Assembly: GCA_977017575.1 (NCBI GenBank) | Contig: CDRNVI010000063.1 | Location: 615,993 to 679,992, forward strand | DNA length: 64,000 nt | From: Paramoeba atlantica | Lineage: Eukaryota > Protista > Discosea | Direction: 5' to 3' | Shown here: positions 54,575 to 64,000 of the stretch, piece after piece | Position numbering within the stretch: the stretch's first letter is position 1 | How the letters are laid out: each line of letters opens with the position of its first letter | Translations under genes and position numbers: made by a program | The notes under the pieces: generated by a model | Databases searched by the model: none | Seen by the model: only the letters and a program-made list of their open reading frames with translations | What the model was told of the DNA's origin: nothing

Positions 54575-57500
54575 ATCCAATCCAATCCAATCCAAAAGAC
54601 CGACATATGTCGGTTAGAATGTTAAATGTTTTCCCCCCGAACTTATACTCCCTCGCCTTCCAGTTCAGAGTTTAGTAGTGCCTACTATTTTACTTTCACA
54701 CAATACTTTTCCTTTATCTTCCTGAACTCTTCCTCAGGGTATTCCGAACCTGCTGGTGGAAACACGTCTTCCGCCCAACTCTTACTATGAAGGCGCCCTC
54801 TTTCCACCAGTTTTCGCAATCTTCCCGCACAGCGTGACTTTAGCCTCGGCGCCACGCTTGGGTGCTGGATTGGTTTTCGTCTTTCCCTTTTCCAAGGTTC
54901 TATGTTTTATCAGCTTTTCCAAGGATTTGTCGATTTGTGATGCGTTGGAATCATTACTTGTTTTTCTCTTTTTCTGCTCAGGCGGTCGAGGAACTTTTCG
55001 CGCTGCAATCAGTGCTAACCCATCTGCCTCGTCGTTCCATTTATTTCCTGAGTGACCCTTGACTTTGCACATATATATTGAGTACAAATCATGTTTTAAG
55101 GACCGTAATTTTCCGTCTAACTGGGAGAACAAATCTCCATTTAAAACCCCCTTGTAACCAACGATTCGCCGCCGATATCGAAGATTGTGAAAGAAGTCCC
55201 ATAGATAGTAAGAGTCTGTATGAAACAGACAAGCGCATGGTTTTGACGGCAGTTGGAGAAGGGCATGCTGAAAAGCTAAGATCTCTACTCGCTCAATAGT
55301 GTCTGATTCCAATGGTATGGATATCCGTGAGGGTTCGCATCGTGGTTTTAGAACTACGATACCTATGCCACTTCGAATCTCTTTCGTATTTTTCATCGGC
55401 AGAACAGAGCCATCGGTATATATTTGTATGGCTTTATAGGCTGGAAAAGGCACATTTGATTCTTCAACGAACTGTAATTCTGAAGGACTTTTTTGTTTTT
55501 TAGCTTTGGCAAGAGCAGTTTTCCACTTTGCTGACCCAATTTTTTCGTATTCTATGAGCGGTTCAAGTTCACGTCGCAATTTTTCTGTCAGACGATACCA
55601 GTGTTCACGGTCTGACGCAAATACCAATGCCTCTTCCAGTGTAATGTTAAGATCCTTGAAGCAAGCCTCGCTTGGAGATAAATTGCGTGCATTCGGGCGT
55701 TGTTTCCACTGTACAAGCTCTTGAAAATCACTGGAGTGCCTCAGCATGTGCCCGACGAGCTTGGCCCTCTGAACCTTGTGTATAGTAGAAAAGCGCTCAG
55801 TTTCAAGATACAGAGAAGCATTCGGGTAGCTCATTCCGTATTCATCTAATCTGTTGCATTGGCAAACTATTCTTCTCATGTTATTAACTTCAACGTCAAT
55901 TCTTCGGAGCATGGATTTTGAAATAGAAAGTGCACCTGTCCCAAAGTTTAGCACCGGATATACTATTGAATCGTAGAGGCGCAGCTTAGTCTCCGGGCTA
56001 AGTGGTGAAGACCAAATACCATTCATTCGAAAGAGAGATCCCCAAGCTAGTTTCAATCGATCTTTAACTGTAGATGTAAAATCATTTTCCTGCCGATGCC
56101 CTAAGTGTTTGTAAGACGTAACTTTCGGAATCATCCCCGAGAATTTGCTGTTCAGGCTCTCGCTGCTCATTTGAGATTTACCAAAAGTTAACCAGGCTGT
56201 CTTGTTTGCTCCGACGGCTAGTTTCAGATTAGCTTTGCGTGACTCTTCAGCTACATTGTCTATCATATTTGTCAAACCAATCTTCGTGTCACTAAATAAC
56301 GCTATATCGTCCGCATACTCAATGTCACTCAGGCGCTTTTCATGAAGACCCCGCTTTCTTGTACCCCTAGAGCTGAGAAGAACCCCGTCTGATTTTCCAT
56401 CTAGTGCTTTATTGAGAATTCTATCTAACACCATAACGAACAGATAAGGCGCCAATACATCACCTTGAAGTATTCCTGTAGTGATAGGGAAAGGTTTTGT
56501 GATTCCAATAGAAGTTCGTACAGTGCCTTTCAGCTCATCGTATATAGACATTATCATCTTAGAAAGACATGGACCTACTCGAAATGCATGCAAACTAGCT
56601 TTAATAGCAGCGAACGATACCGAAGGAAATGCTTTAGCAAAGTCTATAAAAGCTACAGAAAGGCCTTGTCCTCTGAATGCTTTGGTTTTTATTTCGTTCA
56701 TGATAATCTGAGCTCCAGAAGTCGCTCGGTTAGGTCGAAACCCATACTGGTTACCCCGAAGAGACTTTTCAATGTTGGGTCTAATGCGGGAGAGTATCAT
56801 ATGATTCATGAGCTTAACTACGCTATTTACTACGCATATAGGCCGCCAATTCTCAATGTTAGTGAGGTCTCCTTTCTTTGGGATGGGTATTTGAAGAGTG
56901 TTGCGCCAGGCTTCCTCTGTGACTCCCGTTTCGTGTACCTGGTTGATTATATTCAGGAGATGCGATCTCAGATCAGGGTGGACCGCTATAGCTTGAAGGG
57001 CTTCCATTGGTATTCCGTCACTTCCCGGTGTTTTTCCTCTTCTGAAATGTTCTAAAGATGTGCTTAACTCCTCGCTTGTAAATGCTGCATCGGATATTGG
57101 TACTAACGGCGGCGGCAGCAGTTCAAAGCTAAGATTTGGATCTCCATCATCAGCGCCACTAAATTTCATGAAGTACGATCGAATTTCGTTAAGTTTATCA
57201 TTTCGTGAGCTTCCGTTCGTGCTAAAGGTATCACGATATTGCCCGCATATCTTTCGAATCGTTCTCCATGGGTTTGAATGGTTTTTACGAAGCTGTTTTT
57301 CAATCTCCAAGCATTCGTCAGAAATAATCTCTTCAACTTCCGCTTTATTCTCCTTTACGAGAGCGTTGAACACCTTTTTGTTTCTGCTCTTGTGATATAA
57401 ACCGCGCAAATCATGTATTTTTGAGTCCTTTACAGCTTCTTTGTTCAAATTTCGTTTCGTCGGTTTTTTGAAAGTTTTTACAGCATTTTTCATATATTGT

Positions 57501-58876
57501 GCGAGAGCGCCCCATGATCGACAAGAGTTCGAGGTTGCTCGATATTGGTCGTGAACTTTATTGATGAAATTCTTCCTATCCTCACTATTTCGAAGAGAAA
57601 TCCACGAGAGCTGATTCGTATTCGTTTTGGGATCACTGACTCGCCATTTAATTTTAATTCTGGCTATAACACAACAGTGAGTAGTAGGAATGGGTGCCTT
57701 GATCACTTTGTGTCGTTGAATTGCCGATGCAAATCTGCTACAAATAAATATGTGATCTAACTGCCTTAAAGCTTTGTTTGGTAATTCGCATGTCCATTTC
57801 CGACTACTTGGACAAAGACTGTGCGCAGACTTACAGTCTATAGAACAAGAAAGTCCTTTAAGACGGGCGGCCGCAATGGGATCTAGATCCTTATTTGTTA
57901 TATGTGTCAAAGGTGCATTAAAGTCGCCCAGCACAATTAATGGGCGACGCGGGTTGCTTTCCCTTATTCTCAAGCAGCAACGTTCGAGTTCTCCGTAGAA
58001 CTCCGTAACCTCGACGTCCTTAGAATCGCGTGTAGGAGAATATACGTTAATAACTGTTGCGACTCCTTCCTCCATCTCAAATTCACCCGACATAATCCTT
58101 TCACTGATTTTAGATACCTTAGACAAGGGAAAAGTGCTGACGAATCCCATTCCATTGTATGCATCCTTTGCGCGCGCTGGAATGAGGCTCAAGTGAAACT
58201 CTGCGTTCCGATATTGTACTTTGCGGTGAAGGACATCCGACTTTTCAGAAGATGGGAATCTAAATCGCGTTTCCTGCAGGCCCAGAATATTTATTCCCTT
58301 CAGATCAATGAAGGTAAGTACTTCGCAAAGGTGTCCGCACTTTCGTAGGCTAAACTCGTCTTCACCTTTCAGCTTAAGAGTAGTTACGTTCAAGGTTCCC
58401 ACACTCAACATTCTCTTCACAGCGGGGCCCCCAGGGCCCACCAAGTCACGGAGAGCACGTTTGCCAGACTGTGCCCTGTATTTGCGAGAGCGCTTTTTGA
58501 AACGACGTCTACGCTTAGGCGCACAAACCCGAGCAGCACAGAGGACGATGTGAGGACTACATGGAGGGAACGGAAGCGTAAATCGCGAACACTGAGCGTA
58601 GCGAACACGCCAGCGGCTCGGCACCCAACTCTCTACTACCCCCTCCCAAACACTGTAGTTCGATGAATCCGCGTACCTCCAAACCACCGAAAGCTTAGCG
58701 CCTAAACAAAGCAGTCGCATAATGTGTCCTAACGACCTCGCGCGGAGTTTAGCAGATTCCGTTCCACCCTTCGCAGGACGGAAAAGAATCCCCCGATCAA
58801 GCTTGGAACACGCAAGAAGATTCATAATAGCAGTGGGCATGCGTGCACCGGAAGCATCCGCCATTTTGCAAATAAA
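54575..58876 (-). mobile_element. Full-length APE-RT-RNase H non-LTR element, family C, with (GATTG)n tail
   Basis: Single ORF 54785..58864; about 190-nt 3'UTR; ATCCA repeats at 54575-54595 on plus. Confidence 0.9.
54785..58864 (-). CDS. 1359-aa APE endonuclease-RT-RNase H polyprotein
   Basis: GTLNV, LQETR, NVYSPT, GDFNA, QLDHI; NWRPI, NQYGFR, IDFAKAF, GILQGDVLAP, YADD; YTDGS, EILAF, HTDSY, KGHSGNKWNDEADGLA. Confidence 0.95.
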   Translation of the reverse strand: MADASGARMPTAIMNLLACSKLDRGILFRPAKGGTESAKLRARSLGHIMRLLCLGAKLSVVWRYADSSNYSVWEGVVESWVPSRWRVRYAQCSRFTLPFPPCSPHIVLCAARVCAPKRRRRFKKRSRKYRAQSGKRALRDLVGPGGPAVKRMLSVGTLNVTTLKLKGEDEFSLRKCGHLCEVLTFIDLKGINILGLQETRFRFPSSEKSDVLHRKVQYRNAEFHLSLIPARAKDAYNGMGFVSTFPLSKVSKISERIMSGEFEMEEGVATVINVYSPTRDSKDVEVTEFYGELERCCLRIRESNPRRPLIVLGDFNAPLTHITNKDLDPIAAARLKGLSCSIDCKSAHSLCPSSRKWTCELPNKALRQLDHIFICSRFASAIQRHKVIKAPIPTTHCCVIARIKIKWRVSDPKTNTNQLSWISLRNSEDRKNFINKVHDQYRATSNSCRSWGALAQYMKNAVKTFKKPTKRNLNKEAVKDSKIHDLRGLYHKSRNKKVFNALVKENKAEVEEIISDECLEIEKQLRKNHSNPWRTIRKICGQYRDTFSTNGSSRNDKLNEIRSYFMKFSGADDGDPNLSFELLPPPLVPISDAAFTSEELSTSLEHFRRGKTPGSDGIPMEALQAIAVHPDLRSHLLNIINQVHETGVTEEAWRNTLQIPIPKKGDLTNIENWRPICVVNSVVKLMNHMILSRIRPNIEKSLRGNQYGFRPNRATSGAQIIMNEIKTKAFRGQGLSVAFIDFAKAFPSVSFAAIKASLHAFRVGPCLSKMIMSIYDELKGTVRTSIGITKPFPITTGILQGDVLAPYLFVMVLDRILNKALDGKSDGVLLSSRGTRKRGLHEKRLSDIEYADDIALFSDTKIGLTNMIDNVAEESRKANLKLAVGANKTAWLTFGKSQMSSESLNSKFSGMIPKVTSYKHLGHRQENDFTSTVKDRLKLAWGSLFRMNGIWSSPLSPETKLRLYDSIVYPVLNFGTGALSISKSMLRRIDVEVNNMRRIVCQCNRLDEYGMSYPNASLYLETERFSTIHKVQRAKLVGHMLRHSSDFQELVQWKQRPNARNLSPSEACFKDLNITLEEALVFASDREHWYRLTEKLRRELEPLIEYEKIGSAKWKTALAKAKKQKSPSELQFVEESNVPFPAYKAIQIYTDGSVLPMKNTKEIRSGIGIVVLKPRCEPSRISIPLESDTIERVEILAFQHALLQLPSKPCACLFHTDSYYLWDFFHNLRYRRRIVGYKGVLNGDLFSQLDGKLRSLKHDLYSIYMCKVKGHSGNKWNDEADGLALIAARKVPRPPEQKKRKTSNDSNASQIDKSLEKLIKHRTLEKGKTKTNPAPKRGAEAKVTLCGKIAKTGGKRAPS

Positions 58877-61800
58877 TTTACAAAAAACTTGATCTTTACA
58901 AAAAACTTGATCTTTACAAAAAACTTGATCTTTACAAAAAACTTGATCTTTACAAAAAACTTGATCTTTACAAAAAACTTGATCTTTACAAAAAACTTGA
59001 TCTTTACAAAAAACTTGATCTTTACAAAAAACTTGATCTTTACAAAAAACTTGATCTTTACAAAAAACTTGATCTTTACAAAAAACTTGATCTTTACAAA
59101 AAACTTGATCTTTACAAAAAACTTGATCTTTACAAAAAACTTGATCTTTACAAAAAACTTGATCTTTACAAAAAACTTGATCTTTACAAAAAACTTGATC
59201 TTTACAAAAAACTTGATCTTTACAAAAAACTTGATCTTTACAAAAAACTTGATCTTTACAAAAAACTTGATCTTTACAAAAAACTTGATCTTTACAAAAA
59301 ACTTGATCTTTACAAAAAACTTGATCTTTACAAAAAACTTGATCTTTACAAAAAACTTGATCTTTACAAAAAACTTGATCTTTACAAAAAACTTGATCTT
59401 TACAAAAAACTTGATCTTTACAAAAAACTTGATCTTTACAAAAAACTTGATCTTTACAAAAAACTTGATCTTTACAAAAAACTTGATCTTTACAAAAAAC
59501 TTGATCTTTACAAAAAACTTGATCTTTACAAAAAACTTGATCTTTACAAAAAACTTGATCTTTACAAAAAACTTGATCTTTACAAAAAACTTGATCTTTA
59601 CAAAAAACTTGATCTTTACAAAAAACTTGATCTTTACAAAAAACTTGATCTTTACAAAAAACTTGATCTTTACAAAAAACTTGATCTTTACAAAAAACTT
59701 GATCTTTACAAAAAACTTGATCTTTACAAAAAACTTGATCTTTACAAAAAACTTGATCTTTACAAAAAACTTGATCTTTACAAAAAACTTGATCTTTACA
59801 AAAAACTTGATCTTTACAAAAAACTTGATCTTTACAAAAAACTTGATCTTTACAAAAAACTTGATCTTTACAAAAAACTTGATCTTTACAAAAAACTTGA
59901 TCTTTACAAAAAACTTGATCTTTACAAAAAACTTGATCTTTACAAAAAACTTGATCTTTACAAAAAACTTGATCTTTACAAAAAACTTGATCTTTACAAA
60001 AAACTTGATCTTTACAAAAAACTTGATCTTTACAAAAAACTTGATCTTTACAAAAAACTTGATCTTTACAAAAAACTTGATCTTTACAAAAAACTTGATC
60101 TTTACAAAAAACTTGATCTTTACAAAAAACTTGATCTTTACAAAAAACTTGATCTTTACAAAAAACTTGATCTTTACAAAAAACTTGATCTTTACAAAAA
60201 ACTTGATCTTTACAAAAAACTTGATCTTTACAAAAAACTTGATCTTTACAAAAAACTTGATCTTTACAAAAAACTTGATCTTTACAAAAAACTTGATCTT
60301 TACAAAAAACTTGATCTTTACAAAAAACTTGATCTTTACAAAAAACTTGATCTTTACAAAAAACTTGATCTTTACAAAAAACTTGATCTTTACAAAAAAC
60401 TTGATCTTTACAAAAAACTTGATCTTTACAAAAAACTTGATCTTTACAAAAAACTTGATCTTTACAAAAAACTTGATCTTTACAAAAAACTTGATCTTTA
60501 CAAAAAACTTGATCTTTACAAAAAACTTGATCTTTACAAAAAACTTGATCTTTACAAAAAACTTGATCTTTACAAAAAACTTGATCTTTACAAAAAACTT
60601 GATCTTTACAAAAAACTTGATCTTTACAAAAAACTTGATCTTTACAAAAAACTTGATCTTTACAAAAAACTTGATCTTTACAAAAAACTTGATCTTTACA
60701 AAAAACTTGATCTTTACAAAAAACTTGATCTTTACAAAAAACTTGATCTTTACAAAAAACTTGATCTTTACAAAAAACTTGATCTTTACAAAAAACTTGA
60801 TCTTTACAAAAAACTTGATCTTTACAAAAAACTTGATCTTTACAAAAAACTTGATCTTTACAAAAAACTTGATCTTTACAAAAAACTTGATCTTTACAAA
60901 AAACTTGATCTTTACAAAAAACTTGATCTTTACAAAAAACTTGATCTTTACAAAAAACTTGATCTTTACAAAAAACTTGATCTTTACAAAAAACTTGATC
61001 TTTACAAAAAACTTGATCTTTACAAAAAACTTGATCTTTACAAAAAACTTGATCTTTACAAAAAACTTGATCTTTACAAAAAACTTGATCTTTACAAAAA
61101 ACTTGATCTTTACAAAAAACTTGATCTTTACAAAAAACTTGATCTTTACAAAAAACTTGATCTTTACAAAAAACTTGATCTTTACAAAAAACTTGATCTT
61201 TACAAAAAACTTGATCTTTACAAAAAACTTGATCTTTACAAAAAACTTGATCTTTACAAAAAACTTGATCTTTACAAAAAACTTGATCTTACAAAAAACT
61301 TGATCTTACAAAAAACTTGATCTTACAAAAAACTTGATCTTACAAAAAACTTGATCTTACAAAAAACTTGATCTTACAAAAAACTTGATCTTACAAAAAA
61401 CTTGATCTTACAAAAAACTTGATCTTACAAAAAACTTGATCTTACAAAAAACTTGATCTTACAAAAAACTTGATCTTACAAAAAACTTGATCTTACAAAA
61501 AACTTGATCTTACAAAAAACTTGATCTTACAAAAAACTTGATCTTACAAAAAACTTGATCTTACAAAAAACTTGATCTTACAAAAAACTTGATCTTACAA
61601 AAAACTTGATCTTACAAAAAACTTGATCTTACAAAAAACTTGATCTTACAAAAAACTTGATCTTACAAAAAACTTGATCTTACAAAAAACTTGATCTTAC
61701 AAAAAACTTGATCTTACAAAAAACTTGATCTTACAAAAAACTTGATCTTACAAAAAACTTGATCTTACAAAAAACTTGATCTTACAAAAAACTTGATCTT

Positions 61801-64000
61801 ACAAAAAACTTGATCTTACAAAAAACTTGATCTTACAAAAAACTTGATCTTACAAAAAACTTGATCTTACAAAAAACTTGATCTTACAAAAAACTTGATC
61901 TTACAAAAAACTTGATCTTACAAAAAACTTGATCTTACAAAAAACTTGATCTTACAAAAAACTTGATCTTACAAAAAACTTGATCTTACAAAAAACTTGA
62001 TCTTACAAAAAACTTGATCTTACAAAAAACTTGATCTTACAAAAAACTTGATCTTACAAAAAACTTGATCTTACAAAAAACTTGATCTTACAAAAAACTT
62101 GATCTTACAAAAAACTTGATCTTACAAAAAACTTGATCTTACAAAAAACTTGATCTTACAAAAAACTTGATCTTACAAAAAACTTGATCTTACAAAAAAC
62201 TTGATCTTACAAAAAACTTGATCTTACAAAAAACTTGATCTTACAAAAAACTTGATCTTACAAAAAACTTGATCTTACAAAAAACTTGATCTTACAAAAA
62301 ACTTGATCTTACAAAAAACTTGATCTTACAAAAAACTTGATCTTACAAAAAACTTGATCTTACAAAAAACTTGATCTTACAAAAAACTTGATCTTACAAA
62401 AAACTTGATCTTACAAAAAACTTGATCTTACAAAAAACTTGATCTTACAAAAAACTTGATCTTACAAAAAACTTGATCTTACAAAAAACTTGATCTTACA
62501 AAAAACTTGATCTTACAAAAAACTTGATCTTACAAAAAACTTGATCTTACAAAAAACTTGATCTTACAAAAAACTTGATCTTACAAAAAACTTGATCTTA
62601 CAAAAAACTTGATCTTACAAAAAACTTGATCTTACAAAAAACTTGATCTTACAAAAAACTTGATCTTACAAAAAACTTGATCTTACAAAAAACTTGATCT
62701 TACAAAAAACTTGATCTTACAAAAAACTTGATCTTACAAAAAACTTGATCTTACAAAAAACTTGATCTTACAAAAAACTTGATCTTACAAAAAACTTGAT
62801 CTTACAAAAAACTTGATCTTACAAAAAACTTGATCTTACAAAAAACTTGATCTTACAAAAAACTTGATCTTACAAAAAACTTGATCTTACAAAAAACTTG
62901 ATCTTACAAAAAACTTGATCTTACAAAAAACTTGATCTTACAAAAAACTTGATCTTACAAAAAACTTGATCTTTACAAAAAACTTGATCTTTACAAAAAA
63001 CTTGATCTTTACAAAAAACTTGATCTTTACAAAAAACTTGATCTTTACAAAAAACTTGATCTTTACAAAAAACTTGATCTTTACAAAAAACTTGATCTTT
63101 ACAAAAAACTTGATCTTTACAAAAAACTTGATCTTTACAAAAAACTTGATCTTTACAAAAAACTTGATCTTTACAAAAAACTTGATCTTTACAAAAAACT
63201 TGATCTTTACAAAAAACTTGATCTTTACAAAAAACTTGATCTTTACAAAAAACTTGATCTTTACAAAAAACTTGATCTTTACAAAAAACTTGATCTTTAC
63301 AAAAAACTTGATCTTTACAAAAAACTTGATCTTTACAAAAAACTTGATCTTTACAAAAAACTTGATCTTTACAAAAAACTTGATCTTTACAAAAAACTTG
63401 ATCTTTACAAAAAACTTGATCTTTACAAAAAACTTGATCTTTACAAAAAACTTGATCTTTACAAAAAACTTGATCTTTACAAAAAACTTGATCTTACAAA
63501 AAACTTGATCTTACAAAAAACTTGATCTTACAAAAAACTTGATCTTACAAAAAACTTGATCTTACAAAAAACTTGATCTTACAAAAAACTTGATCTTACA
63601 AAAAACTTGATCTTACAAAAAACTTGATCTTACAAAAAACTTGATCTTACAAAAAACTTGATCTTACAAAAAACTTGATCTTACAAAAAACTTGATCTTA
63701 CAAAAAACTTGATCTTACAAAAAACTTGATCTTACAAAAAACTTGATCTTACAAAAAACTTGATCTTACAAAAAACTTGATCTTACAAAAAACTTGATCT
63801 TACAGAAAACTTGATCTTACAAAAAACTTGATCTTACAAAAAACTTGATCTTACAAAAAACTTGATCTTACAAAAAACTTGATCTTACAAAAAACTTGAT
63901 CTTACAAAAAACTTGATCTTACAAAAAACTTGATCTTACAAAAAACTTGATCTTACAAAAAACTTGATCTTACAAAAAACTTGATCTTACAAAAAACTTG
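58877..64000 (-). repeat. Tandem array C (element strand GTAAAGATCAAGTTTTTT, 18 bp, and a 17-bp variant), over 5.1 kb, runs off the window
   Basis: Plus strand TTTACAAAAAACTTGATC / TTACAAAAAACTTGATC in alternating homogeneous blocks. Confidence 0.98.

Noticed and set aside
58877-64000. Canonical telomerase telomere
   Set aside because: Not TTAGGG-like, and the T/G-richer strand points inward at this end; a retroelement-type cap remains only a hypothesis

Overview
Eukaryotic DNA, most likely from a euglenozoan (kinetoplastid- or diplonemid-like) protist, judged from seven copies of a spliced-leader (SL)-like exon, AATCTTTAACGATAAAGATACAGTTTCTGTACCTTGTTG, which carries the Euglenozoa core ACAGTTTCTGTAC. 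I recognise no host gene. The 64 kb is a mosaic of retroelements: (i) CRE/SLACS-type non-LTR elements with a restriction-like endonuclease (RLE); two have intact ORFs, several are SL-capped and poly(A)-tailed, and several carry an Ataxin-2/Pbp1 LsmAD-like N-terminal domain; (ii) APE-RT-RNase H non-LTR elements (families A, B, C); (iii) VIPER/TATE-type tyrosine-recombinase (YR) retroelements; (iv) fragments and 3'-UTR-only modules. The most striking structure is that each APE-RT-RNase H family is coupled to its own kilobase-scale, nearly invariant 17-18 bp tandem array. In both full-length elements the array sits 12-14 nt upstream of the ATG, and all three units resemble the middle of the SL on the same strand. 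Elements form large single-orientation head-to-tail blocks with poly(A)-to-SL joins, stutters, a snap-back and a templated patch, and I found no target-site duplications. Inferred model, not demonstrated: DNA ends are extended by successive or template-jumping reverse transcription and capped by SL-like repeat arrays in a telomere-like way. Alignments were done by eye and junction coordinates are approximate to a few nt.
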